Assembly: GCA_951406725.2 (NCBI GenBank)
Contig: OX597821.1
Span: 81,530,001 to 81,594,000, forward strand
Source: Octopus vulgaris
Lineage: Eukaryota
DNA: 64,000 nucleotides
Reading direction: 5' to 3'
Shown here: positions 54,201 to 64,000 of the stretch, piece after piece
Layout of the letters: each line of letters opens with the position of its first letter
Position numbering within the stretch: position 1 is the stretch's first letter
Position numbers and translations under genes: made by a program
Notes under the pieces: model-generated
What the model was told of the DNA's origin: nothing
Databases searched by the model: none
What the model saw: the letters and a program-made list of their open reading frames with translations, nothing else

Positions 54201-54545
54201 TTCTGATGGCGAATTGGAATATTAAGAAAGAACCTTGTCTGTTACTCGGTGAATGACAAGAATTACAGCAATAGAAAGCATATATGAGTCTACCTGGCAG
54301 GTGAGGCTCCGCAACCTCTGGAATGGAAGCATAGAGAGGGTCAGAGTAACGGGCTGACTGTCGATAGTATTTGCCTTGTGTTGGTGCCGGTGGCGGTGGC
54401 TGTTGTTGTTGTGATCTGTCTTCTAATGTGGTGGCAGTTGTGAAATGAGCGGAAGAAGATGGGGTGATGGCAGATTGGAGCAGAACTGTGCCACTGGGGG
54501 TGATCATCGTGGTAGCATAGCCCGAGTGTAGACCTGGAGTCAAAA
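13069..54545 (-). CDS. TNS: Tensin-family protein, 3' part of a spliced gene (12 coding exons in window; N-terminus outside the window)
   Basis: Exons 54545-54294, 50888-50429, 30101-29941, 26399-26316, 24977-24852, 23092-22997, 21079-21002, 19839-19753, 17577-17409, 16223-16155, 14515-14477 and 13213-13069 all have AG/GT boundaries and matching phases. The product has a tensin-type SH2 ([64 protein letters not shown]) followed by a PTB domain ([67 protein letters not shown]). Confidence 0.95.
14477..14515 (-). CDS. TNS: Tensin PTB small exon ([14 protein letters not shown])
   Basis: 39 nt, phase 2 to 2; ttattag| and |gtgagt boundaries; supplies the conserved Trp after the DP motif. Confidence 0.9.
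14695..15050 (-). mobile_element. SINE family A
   Basis: Colinear with the other copies; internal (CA)/(TA) microsatellite. Confidence 0.88.
16155..16223 (-). CDS. TNS: Tensin PTB exon 2 ([22 protein letters not shown])
   Basis: ttttctag| and |gttagt boundaries; LFFRRHYP signature. Confidence 0.96.
17409..17577 (-). CDS. TNS: Tensin PTB exon 1 ([41 protein letters not shown])
   Basis: tttacag| and |gtaagt boundaries; 169 nt. Confidence 0.97.
18271..18326. repeat. Perfect 26-bp tandem duplication TTGATAGTACACTTTGTATGAGGTAC
   Basis: Direct inspection. Confidence 0.9.
18490..18707. mobile_element. Tc1/mariner-type MITE
   Basis: TIRs CAGGGTGTCCATAAATTA / TAATTTATGGACACCCTC, flanked by TA. Confidence 0.75.
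19753..19839 (-). CDS. TNS: Tensin SH2-PTB linker exon ([29 protein letters not shown])
   Basis: ttacag| and |gtttgt boundaries; matches the tensin DP...SA..LL.GA linker pattern. Confidence 0.92.
21002..21079 (-). CDS. TNS: Tensin SH2 exon 4 ([26 protein letters not shown])
   Basis: ctttcag| and |gtaagt boundaries; conserved tensin SH2 C-terminus. Confidence 0.96.
21178..21915. repeat. Tandem array of 12 GC-rich units of about 60-62 bp with A/B subtypes
   Basis: Unit CCATCCGTTCGTGGCCGTTTGCCAGCTCTGTCTGGCCCCGTGTCGGTGGCACGTAAAAGCA; subtype order A B B B A B A B A B A B. Confidence 0.97.
21178..22088 (+). mobile_element. Retroelement 3' end with (ATG)n tail (probably RTE-type), carrying an internal tandem array
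   Basis: GGAGTGGTTGGCGTTAGGAAGGGCATCCAGC..CCATGCTAGCATGGAAAGCGGACGCTAAATGATGATG. Related ends at about 2440-2700, 8317-8560, 17015-17130, 20270-20455, 30225-30410, 48450-48570, 56632-56950 and 63328-63620. Confidence 0.75.
22997..23092 (-). CDS. TNS: Tensin SH2 exon 3 ([32 protein letters not shown])
   Basis: cttggcag| and |gtaagg boundaries; 96 nt, phase 1 to 1. Confidence 0.96.
24852..24977 (-). CDS. TNS: Tensin SH2 exon 2 ([42 protein letters not shown])
   Basis: FVVRDS is the FLVRES-equivalent pTyr-binding motif; canonical splice sites. Confidence 0.97.
25128..25347 (+). mobile_element. tRNA-derived SINE, family B, with target-site duplication
   Basis: AAGGCAGCGAGCTGGCAGAA..GAGTTCAAATTCC..AATAAAGAAATAA, flanked by the direct repeat GAAACATATCTATCT (25113-25127 and 25348-25362). 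Confidence 0.9.
26316..26399 (-). CDS. TNS: Tensin SH2 exon 1 ([28 protein letters not shown])
   Basis: ttcttatag| and |gtaagt boundaries; typical tensin pre-SH2/SH2 start motif. Confidence 0.96.
26713..26819. repeat. (TATG)n(TG)n(TATG)n microsatellite
   Basis: Direct inspection. Confidence 0.95.
28858..29075 (+). mobile_element. Mariner-derived MITE
   Basis: TIRs TGAGGGGGTGCTGAAAAGTCCCTGGCTTT / AAAGCCAGGAACTTTTCAGTACACCCTCA; internal remnant resembles the mariner C-terminal KC....GEYVE motif. Confidence 0.75.
29335..29863 (-). mobile_element. SINE family A, older copy with expanded internal AT tract
   Basis: Both ends match family A. Confidence 0.75.
29941..30101 (-). CDS. TNS: Tensin exon preceding SH2 ([26 protein letters not shown])
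   Basis: Acceptor ttcttctattacag|T, donor GCAG|gtcagt; 161 nt, phase 2 to 1. Confidence 0.9.
30530..30853. mobile_element. hAT (Charlie-like) MITE
   Basis: Termini CAGGGCTGGCCAAC / GTTGGCCGGGCTTG; imperfect 8-bp duplication ACCCATAT / ATCTATAT. Confidence 0.65.
31921..32152 (+). mobile_element. SINE family B nested inside an older family-A-like SINE (about 31785-32410)
   Basis: Flanking duplication AAAAACTGTG(C/T)AGAAG; the host element continues on both sides. Confidence 0.82.
32410..33480 (-). pseudogene. Internally deleted, frameshifted Helitron Rep-Helicase remnant
   Basis: Minus-strand frames: [21 protein letters not shown]; Rep motif [21 protein letters not shown]; PIF1-like helicase [16 protein letters not shown] and MGGVTV..GNFHQML.VV. 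Confidence 0.88.
34195..34300 (+). mobile_element. Penelope-like element terminal fragment with degenerate hammerhead ribozyme core
   Basis: CTGATGA (34211-34217), stem GGCTGG/CCAGCT, GAAAC (34239-34243), and flanks ACAC/GTGT able to form stem I. Confidence 0.6.
36091..36306. mobile_element. TTAA-type (piggyBac/Kolobok-like) MITE; related pieces at about 8090-8275 and 38950-39095
   Basis: Termini tcaa-CCGTTTAGCATT ... AATGCTAAAGGG-ttga. Confidence 0.6.
36599..36688. repeat. Five tandem copies of the 18-bp unit AGAACTTCAATAGGGACA
   Basis: Units start at 36599, 36617, 36635, 36653 and 36671; two carry single substitutions. Confidence 0.95.
37085..37490. repeat. Compound (TA)/(TATG) microsatellite
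   Basis: Direct inspection. Confidence 0.95.
44162..44184 (-). CDS. Candidate alternative first coding exon of tensin (MATSCCT-H)
   Basis: ATG GCG ACC AGT TGT TGT ACA CA|gtgaga leaves phase 2, matching the exon at 30101. There is an in-frame stop upstream, and the site lies in a CpG-rich zone. Confidence 0.45.
44612..45450. repeat. Long purine-rich (GA/GATA/GAA) low-complexity tract
   Basis: Direct inspection. Confidence 0.85.
46280..46665 (+). mobile_element. SINE family A
   Basis: Full-length copy with A/B boxes. Confidence 0.9.
49867..50258 (-). mobile_element. SINE family A, young CpG-retaining copy (an older related copy lies at about 49490-49866)
   Basis: Full length; begins about 170 nt into the intron after the polyQ exon donor. 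Confidence 0.9.
50429..50888 (-). CDS. TNS: Tensin polyglutamine-rich exon (460 nt, phase 1 to 2)
   Basis: Acceptor tttctgcag|CG, donor GGAAG|gtaagc. Frame [27 protein letters not shown]..poly[13 protein letters not shown]; AG|T joins the exon at 30101 in frame. Confidence 0.88.
52785..52827 (-). CDS. Candidate 43-nt alternative tensin exon ([14 protein letters not shown]) with GC donor
   Basis: Acceptor cttttgttctgtgatag|, purine-rich body, donor AAG|gcaagt; phase 1 to 2. Confidence 0.35.
54294..54545 (-). CDS. TNS: Tensin exon, Ser/Thr/Pro-rich, containing [11 protein letters not shown] (phase 1 to 1)
   Basis: Long CT-rich tract, acceptor ccttag|TT (alternative in-frame acceptor actccag|GT at 54533), donor CCAG|gtagac. 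Open frame [47 protein letters not shown]; phase matches the next exon. Confidence 0.75.
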
Positions 54546-54587
54546 CTAAGGATGCAGGCAAGACACAAGAGATAGACAGGAAGTTAC

Positions 54588-54619
<32 letters not shown>

Positions 54620-56631
54620 GGAGAGAGAGAGAGATGAAACGAAGCATTAGTACAAGGCATGCAGTTTAATATGAGAACCCCGTCTCAACAGAAACATCAC
54701 AAGGCTAGATAAACGTTAGATTAAGTCATGAAATTTTACACGCCCCCCCCCCCCTCTCATCAACAACCACTAAATATGTTTTTCTGCCTCTCTTTCAGAT
54801 GTTCTAAGAAAACAAAATATAACAGGCATCAGATTCATAATAAAAAACATAAAATATAAATCTGCCACATATCAAACAATGGAGCTTTTTTTCTCCCCCT
54901 AAACAAAACTGTTATCTGCTAAGCAACATGAAATCAGTTTGTTAAACTCAATGTCTTAATTGTTCACTTAATGCAGAAGCAAGATGACTAGTTCTATTTA
55001 GATATTACTCTGGTATTTTCACACAGTGGAGGCTAAAATTTCAATCAAACTTATCACCTACATTTTCACACACACAAACACACACAGAAGTGCACATGTG
55101 GGCACCCATGTTATTTGTCTTTTCAATTTTATTCTTTAATATCTAATATATAATTTATGTCTGCAGTCAATGGCACAGAACATACAAGTTTACATTCACA
55201 ATCTAAAGCACATATGAAACTATATGTAGCTTTAAAAACCACATTTTTCAATTGACACATGGTTTTTGTTTGTAATGTGGTCTGTCTGTCTGTCTATCTA
55301 TATCTCTCTGTATATATACATATATGATTATCGTGGCTGTTCACATATACATAGCGTATATTGTACAGCCCCATTTAAGGACATTTGTAGTATAGAAGAA
55401 GGGCTATTTCTTGTGAAGATATCAAAACTTTCACAGATTTTCATCTGACAAACAAGTATGACCTACTGTAACCCCTATTCCCAATAAACTGGAACAATCC
55501 TTGTGAAGATCTGAAAAGACATCACACCATGACAGAATACATGATAAAAACAGAAAACCACAAATTGTCAAATAGGAAAACGGTAATTGGTTGATGTTAA
55601 ATGTTAGTTTGAAACATTCAAGATGAAATTGAACATTATGAGGATGATGATGATGATGATGTTGTGATTAATAAACAAGATAAATTCACATCAGGTGCAT
55701 TTAGTTTCTCTAATTATTTACAAGTGTTCACATATCTGGGCATTGACTACACAGGTTTACCAGAGAGGTAAATCAATGGAGAAAATGCAAAAAAATGTTA
55801 AGCATTTACCTATTGAGTTTTCTTTTTTTTGTACATGTGTGGGCAATGCAAGTGGGAAGGAGGGATTGGTTATAAAATTAGAGATGGGAATGAATTAACT
55901 ATAGACATACGAGTGAAAAGTTGTGAGACAGGGGAGGGTAGATGAGTTTTAAATAGATATTAATTGTTAAGATCGCATTGCTGATGTGTGGTATCAACTC
56001 TAGATTATTCAAAGCCTGTATTATTGGCATTAATATTAATTACTAATATATTGATTTTTTTTAAAGTTAGAGACAAAGCTAGTTCAGTTACCTATGAATA
56101 TATAATACTTTGCTTGTACCTATGTAAAGCATCTAGCTAATCCTAACAGATAAATCATAACATTGTTATTGTTGGTTTTATTATTATTATTGTTATCATC
56201 ATCATAGGAAGTATAAACAGTTCTACATCCTTTCACCTAGTGAAATTAATTTTGATAAGAATAGACTGTTTGTGCTAAGAATTCAAATTGCTTCATAGTT
56301 TTATCACAGACTGGAAGAATGCCAACAAATATCAAGGCAGTATAGTCCATCCCTCTAGCACCTGGCAATATTATTGGTATCAAGACACTAGTTGGATATC
56401 TTGGATGCAGAATATCATATCATATATACAATACTGAATTAGGTGCTGCAACCCATCTAGTTTACTCCTGCACTAAGTTCAGTGTCTGATAAAAAAAAAA
56501 TTATGGTTTCATCACCTTTCTTTCTATTTTTTTTTTTTTGCTAAGTAAAGCTAAGTGAATTAAACACAGTTTATTAATGCCAATTTTGCATCAGTCAGAC
56601 AAAGCTTCAACCCACAATTGATACGTTGTTT

Positions 56632-56950
56632 TCATCATCATCATCATCGTTTAACATCCGTTTTCCATACTAGCATGGGTTGGACGGTTCAACTGGGGTC
56701 TGGGAAGCCAGGAGGCTGCACCAAGCTCCAGTCTGATCTGGCAGTGTTTCTACAGCTGGATGCCCTTCCCAACGCCAACCACTCTGTGAGTGTAATGGGT
56801 GCTTTTTACATGCCACTGGCACAGGTGCCAGGGGAGGCTGGCAACGGCCACGATCAGTTGATGCTTTTTATGTGCCACTGGCACAGGTGCCAGGGTAGGC
56901 TGGCAACGGCCACGAACAGTTGGTGCTTTTTACGTGCCGCCGGCACGGAT
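56632..56950 (-). mobile_element. Same retroelement 3' end with 3 copies of the ~60-bp unit motif
   Basis: (CAT)n tail at 56632; three repeats of G(G/A)TGCTTTTTA..TGCC on the plus strand. Confidence 0.8.
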
Positions 56951-58093
56951 GTGCTTTGTTCTCAAAAAAAAAAAAAAGTTTCAGATATTAATAGATATTT
57001 AGAATAAGAAATATTAGTTTGAACTGGCTAGAAAGGATCTGGATGTGTTAACGAAAATCTGTAGGATGTGTGTGTAAAAATATTTGGGTTGAAATAGGAA
57101 ACTACTAATAGGAACCCATCTTCAATAGTTATCTGTTTTTGCTTGTCATCAGTTCCCCACTGCATAGGTCAATTGAGTATATAACAGTGAAGAACATTTT
57201 AAACTAAAAATAATGTATTTGTAATGGGGATGAGGAGGAAAGAGAGAGAGACAGACAACTGTTGTCTCATCTTGAAGTATTTTCATCATTAAATATTTTA
57301 AGAACTCCATTGAACAAAAACTATGCCACCCTTATATGGTTTACATTTAGGACATGGCCAAAAATATTGCCAACAATACACTGTAATGCCGAGAATTCTG
57401 CATAATCTATTACTGGACCAAAATGAATTGGAGCTTTATGTGGTATCTATTCACTTCTCACCAAAAATATACTTTGGAATATTCACTGACCTAAAACCCG
57501 TAGGCAAGAAAAGCTGTAGAAATGCCTGTAGAATAAGCTGTCGGATGTATTTACAGAATGATTACTCAACATTTAGAAGTGTATAATGTGGATAACTGGT
57601 GTGTGTGTGTGTAAACCCCTTTTAAGGATATATGCTTTTAGAGTGACACTAATGAATGTATTTGAAGTAGTAAGTTCTGGAGACTTCTTAGTTGGAACAT
57701 GTACTACAGTGAAAAGATTCAAAATTTTTAAGGTGCTGTTGGCAAGTTGTATGTGAACTCACAACCTAGAACTACGGCAGTTTCATTGGTGATAGTGACA
57801 AACACATACAGCAGTGAGAACACTGAGCCAAGTCAACAGTTTAACATAAGAAGTGATGCAACATAAACCACTGAAGCAGGTGTAGTGTTATACTTGAACT
57901 GAACACACAGACTGGGTGAAGTATAACGAGTGACTATAAAGAAGAAGCATATAAACACCAGAGAATCATAGTTTTTCGCTACACAAAACAGATACGCACA
58001 CACACAGAAATATGAACAGACAAATAAGAGGACTAACTCACTCTCATACACAAGCAAATACCCATAACATAAATCTATGCACATGAATATGCC

Positions 58094-58094
<1 letters not shown>

Positions 58095-58139
<45 letters not shown>

Positions 58140-58634
58140 CACATATAAATGCATTTATATATATATATATATATACATACATACATATATAAATGCATTT
58201 ATATATATATATATATATATATACATACATATATAAATGCATTTATATATATATATATATATATACACATACATATGTAAATGCATTTATATATATATAT
58301 ATATATATATATACATACATATATAAATGCATTTATATATATATATACATATTTTTTACAAATATATATATATATACATATATAAATGCATTTATATATA
58401 TATATATATATTTTTTACAAATATATATATATATACATACATATATAAATGCATTTATATATATATATATATTTTTTACAAATATATATATATATACATA
58501 CATATATAAATGCATTTATATATATATATATATATTTTACAATATATATATATATACATACATATATAAATGCATTTATATATATATATATATATTTTTT
58601 AAATATATATATATATACATACATATATAAATGC

Positions 58635-58673
<39 letters not shown>

Positions 58674-58692
58674 CATATATAAATGCATTTAT

Positions 58693-58724
<32 letters not shown>

Positions 58725-59296
58725 TAAATGCATTTATATATATATATATATATATATATACATACATATATAAATGCATTTATATATATATATATATACA
58801 TACATATATAAATGCATTTATATATATATATATATATATACATACATACATAAATGCATTTATATATATACATATTTTTTACAAATATATATATATATAT
58901 ACATACATATATAAATGCATTTATATATATACATACATATATAAATGCATTTATATATATATATACATACATATATACATACATATATAAATGCATTTAT
59001 ATATATATATATACATACATATATAAATGTATTTATATATATATTATATATATATATATATACATACATATATAAATGCATTTATATATATATATACATA
59101 CATATATAAATGTATTTATATATATATATATATACATACATATATAAATGCATTTATATATATATATATATATATATACATACATATATAAATGCATTTA
59201 TATATATATATATATATATATATACATACATATATAAATGCATTTATATATATATATACATACATATATAAATGTATTTATATATATATATATATT
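58095..59296. repeat. AT-rich minisatellite of about 25 units, each centred on the palindrome ATATAAATGCATTTATAT and separated by variable (TA)n
   Basis: Repeated ATACATACATATATAAATGCATTTATATATA; a few ATGTATTT variants, and a TTTTTACAAA insert in some units. Confidence 0.95.
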
Positions 59297-60081
59297 ATTT
59301 GCATGGAACCAAATCAAACTGATTTAAGTAATACATCTAACTCCCACTAAATGTGTTGAGTGCCCTTTTCTTTCATTTGTCCACTCATTTGTATGTGTGT
59401 GTTTGTATGTATGTATATAAGTCTGTAACTGATTAGGTGAAAATATGAGATTGCTGGAAAATTTCTCCATCATTTGTGTTTTGAAATGTCACATGAGGCA
59501 GAATGGTAAATACCAGCAATTAAACATCTCCTCCACACCACCACTTTCTGCAGCCAGTGTGGGAGTAGAATGCTTCATAAACAGCAATTCCTATATTTGT
59601 CACATGAACAAGAATAAACCTCTTCTCATGGGTTTTCCTCAGCGAACAACAATGAAGCTTTTCTTATTCAGAAAGTAAGAGAGAAGTGGGGAAGTGGTCA
59701 ATATATAAAGTGAAATTTTTGAAGTGTATTTCACTATTCTGCTTCTATACATAGACCAGGTTTGTTAAAGTGCCTATGTACAGTGTAGCAAATAGGTTGC
59801 TAGGCCCATCACGAGCCCTAGGATTCGTAACATTGGAGTTTTAACCCGGTTTTCTAAGGTTGTATAAGTGACAGAGATTACAATACCCAACTCGAAAGGG
59901 ATGCTGGTCCACCATGGAGATAATTTCCCAGATGTTGTTGGAACCCATTTTATTTACAGCTGAGTGGACTGGAGCAACGCATCACATCACCCAGTCTCGG
60001 AATCGAAACCATGTGCTTATGATCATGAGTGCAACACCCTAAACACAAGGCCATGAAACTTCAGCAGATAATAACTTGAAT

Positions 60082-60487
60082 AGGTATGGCTGTGTGGTAA
60101 GAAGCTTGCTTCCCAATCACATGGTTCTGGGTTCAGTCACACAGCGTGACAACTTGGGCAAGTGACTTCTACTATAGCCTTGGGCCAACCAAAGACTTGA
60201 GTGGATTTGGTAGACAGACACTGAAAGAAAGAGTGTGTGTGTGTGTGTATGTATATATATATTCATGTGTGTGTGTGTCTTTATGTCTTCTGTGTTTGTC
60301 CTACTGCTTCACGACCAGTGTTGGTGTGTTAATCTCCCCCGTAACATAGCAGTTCAGCAAAGAGACTGACAGAATAAGTACCAGGCTTAAAAAGAATAAG
60401 TCCTGGGGTTGATTTGTTCAATGAAAAACTCTTCAAGTCAGTGCCCCAGCATGGCCGCAGTCAAACGAGTGAAACAAGTAAAAGATA
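60082..60487 (+). mobile_element. SINE family A, moderately diverged
   Basis: A/B boxes, body and tail are recognisable. Confidence 0.85.
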
Positions 60488-61003
60488 TAAGATACTTAGA
60501 AAAATAACTAAAAGATACAAAATACTAAAATGAAACCCATACAAAACTGACCTCAAACAAAGACCCTAGTGTAACACACACACACACACGTGCACATATA
60601 AAATGAAGTGCTGAATGGATTCCCCCAAAGCTTTCAATGATGACTATTCATCTTTGTTCACAAATCGGAACTATCTACTCATACTGACATTAAGTAGCGG
60701 AGTTTCTACAGGCTCGTGCACACACACACACACACACACACTTTTGAATAATTATCAGGCGTGATCAGCGTACCACATTGTGTGACAGAGGTACTCTTTT
60801 GAAATACAAGTTCAACAGAGAGAGGCTTCCTTATAGTTTCCGTCTACTCAATTTCACCTAAAAGGCTTAGCTCAAGTTGTAACTGCAAGATGCTTGAACA
60901 TACACACACACATATACATACATATGCACAAACACGCACACACATACCACATACATATTACACACACACATGCATACATGTTACACACACACACACATAT
61001 ATA

Positions 61004-62167
61004 TTGAGTTGGCAAGAAAGTAATTTCGATGCTTTAGTGTGAAATAAAAGTCATTTTTTTCATACAAAGAATGAACTTTAATCAGTTATATATTTTCCAT
61101 TTTGTTCAATGACATTTTGCCTTCTTTCTGGCAACTTCATGATTCCATGCTCACAGAACTTCTGGTCTTCATCAGCCAAAAACTGAAGCAAGTGCGATTT
61201 CAGGTCAACATCATTATTGAAAGTTTTACCATTCAAATAATTTTGCAAACTTCTAAATAAATGGTAATCTGATGGTGCAAGGTCAGGGCTATATGGTGGA
61301 TGTAACTTCACTTCCCAATCAAGTTCCAATAATTTTTCACAAGTTAGCAAAGACATGTGTGGTCTAGCATTGTCATGGTGGAACATGATTCCTTTACGAT
61401 TTGCCAATTCTGGCCATTTTTCTTTGATTGCTTCCCCCAGTTTCATTAGTTTTTGACAGTAAACATCTGAATTGATTGTTTGGTTCCTTGGAAGCAGCTC
61501 AAAATACACAACACCTTTGTAATCCCACCAAATTGACAGCAAGACCTTTTTTTTTTATGCAATTCAGCTTTCAATGTGGTTTGTGCTGGTTCATTATGCT
61601 TGGACCATGATCGTTTTCGATTGATGTTATTGTAGACAATCCATTTTTCATCACCAGTGATGATTTGTTTCATAAAACGGTTGATTTCATTGTGTTTGGG
61701 ATGCATATCACAAATACTGATTCACTGTGTTAAGTGAATCTCTTTCAATTTAAAATGGAACCCAAATATTGAGCTTCTTAATGGGTCCAAGACATTTTAA
61801 GAGATTTCCAATTGTTGCATGTGATACATTTAACCTCTCTGCAATCTTAAGTGAAAATTCTCCAGAATGGAATTTTTAAAATTATTTCTGACACGTGCAT
61901 TTTGTTAAGCAATCAATATCTCTTTGTGAGCCTAAGCTGCTTTCTTAGCTTTATGGAAATAAAAAAGCAAAATATGGTGAAAATGTTCATTTTTGCACTC
62001 CATCTTAAAACTGACACTAACTAAAATTACGTGCAATTTGCTAGTAAAGTAAGCTAAAAGTAATGGCTATCAAAGGTTAAAAAGAAAATATCATAACATT
62101 GACAAAAGTCATTAAAAAAACTGGAACTCTATTTGTGAAAAACCAAATTACTTTCTTGCCAACTCAA
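61004..62167 (-). mobile_element. Near-complete inactive mariner (DD34D), mellifera-subfamily-like; transposase pseudogene 62003-61078
   Basis: TIRs TTGAGTTGGCAAGAAAGTAATT at both ends, with TA duplication. Motifs MECKNEHF.HILLFYF, TGDEKW, HHDNARPH and YSPDLAPSDYHLF. Early stop, frameshifts and an apparent internal deletion. Confidence 0.95.
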
Positions 62168-62259
62168 TATATACACACACATATATACACAGATATATGT
62201 ACATACACACACATACATGTACATAAACACATATATACAGACACACATATACACACACA

Positions 62260-62305
<46 letters not shown>

Positions 62306-64000
62306 TACACACACATTTATATACATATATGCATAAACACAACATACATGCACACGTGTGCACAAGCTTCCTTGCAGTTTCCCCCAACCAAATTCACTCA
62401 CACGAAATTAGTTGGCTTGGACCTGTAGTAGAGACACTTGCCCAAGATGCTATACAGTGGTACTGAACTTGAAACCATGTGACTGGAAAGCAAACTTCAT
62501 AACCACACATCCACGCCAGTGCCGAGTCAATTCATCTCACTCAAATTACAAAACATTTTGCTTAAGGCTCTAACGATTCTTTTAATTCACTGCCTATATA
62601 CACACACACATACACAAATATGGATATCAGTCTATCTATCTATCTGGAAATATATTGAGTTAATGTTTGTTTTTATGTTCAGTTATAATAATAATTTAAA
62701 ATTAATCTGATGGTTTACCCTTTACTGTTGCAGAGTATGGATTTATTATTTTTATACAAGAATGTTGTTGACAGTGACTTTGAAGTTACAGCCAATTAAG
62801 TCATTGTTGACAGTCCAAAACTTCAGAGTTGCTGTTAATAATATTCTTGTTTAAGAGAACTAAATGTATAGATGTGTGTGTGTGTGTGTGTCTCATCATC
62901 ATCATCATGCTGGTATAGGTTAGATGGTTTGACAAGAGCTGGCCAGGCAGGAGCCTCCACCATACTTGTGTGTCTGTTTTGGCATGGTTTATTTATTAGA
63001 CTGTAGAAAAACAATTAGGGATATCAGCAGGAGTACTAAGTTGGAGAATGAGATTTGAATCTTGTAAATAAGAATGATATGATTATATAATTTCTGCTCT
63101 ACTTCACATTGAGATAAGACCAGGATTTCAATTATGGAGCCACAAAATATATAGATAAAGAATCATGTAGCCTTGACGCCAACAAGAAATTTGAACTAGA
63201 TCTATGACTTTGGTGGATTATGTATAACAAAACTTTGCTCATTGTGATAGAAGGCTTGTCTATAATGAAAACTCACTCCTAAATATATTTAGTTTGGAAA
63301 TTTAAGTTCAACATAGATGTACATAAATCATCATCATTATTTAATGACCGTTTTCCATGCTGGCATGGGATTGACATGGAACTGGCCAGCTGGGAGGTGT
63401 CCAGACTCCAATTGTCTGTTTTGGTATGGTTTCTGCAACTGGATAGCTTTTCTAATGCCAGCCACTTTACAGAGGGGACTGGGTACTCTTTACGTGACAT
63501 TGGCACGGGTGCTTCATGGGTGACACCTGCACAAGTGAGTTATATGGGCACTAGCATGAGTGTTTTATACATGGCAACAGCACGGGGGCTTTTTATGTGG
63601 CACTGGCCTGATGCTTCAATCCACAAACCTTTCAAAAATGATTTAATCAAAAGAAAAATCTATTGTCAAAATATGGACATTTAAAAAAAAAATTGAATTG
63701 TCGGTGACCTGCAGAGCATTAAATGACACACACATCTCTATTGTCATGAGTCTAAATACTTCTTAGAAGCTTCCTAGTATTAATGGAGGGAGAGGTTCTG
63801 TTAATACAAATGTATAACGAGATAAAGTATGTATCTTCTTTAGCACCAAGTCTCAACAAGCAACACACATACACATGCAACATCCCAACAATACAAACAT
63901 ACAAACTTGTGCACACATACACAGATACAAATATATTCATGCATAAATTTGCATGTAATCATATAACATCTCAGATCCAGATAATAAACTATATTGCAAT

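Noticed and set aside
57760-57830. Additional upstream tensin exon ending at a GTGAGT donor
   Set aside because: Good donor but weak acceptor and no convincing coding frame. It might be a non-coding exon but cannot be supported.
57833-59081. Many IYIY/YIHT ORFs (also 37030-37485, 12735-13067, 62099-62428)
   Set aside because: Translations of TA/CA microsatellites.

Overview
AT-rich, intron-rich animal genomic DNA, not prokaryotic. The tRNA-derived SINE families and (ATG)n-tailed retroelement ends resemble those I recall from Octopus, so an octopod cephalopod is inferred rather than proven. The main gene is the 3' half of a tensin-family focal-adhesion adaptor on the minus strand. I assembled 12 phase-compatible GT-AG coding exons from 54545 down to the TGA at 13069 (about 588 aa): a Ser/Pro/Tyr-rich region, a long polyQ exon, then SH2 and PTB domains. 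A transposon-poor 3'UTR probably extends about 4.3 kb further. The N-terminal part lies beyond the right edge. An unidentified plus-strand gene (clear exon 1518-1622) appears to end near the left edge, convergent with tensin. Introns contain SINEs, RTE-type LINE ends, Tc1/mariner, Tc2/pogo and hAT MITEs, a near-complete dead mellifera-type mariner, a deleted Helitron and microsatellites. The most interesting predictions, all unverified: (1) an internal CpG/GA-rich promoter giving a short 358-aa SH2-PTB tensin isoform that starts MATSCC (possible palmitoylation), overlapped by an out-of-frame uORF; (2) a 43-nt GC-donor exon whose splice phases make it mutually exclusive with the polyQ exon; (3) a 12-copy, ~61-bp array with pseudoknot potential and A/B covariation; (4) a decayed Penelope-type hammerhead ribozyme; (5) inverted SINE pairs that could form dsRNA for ADAR editing or back-splicing.
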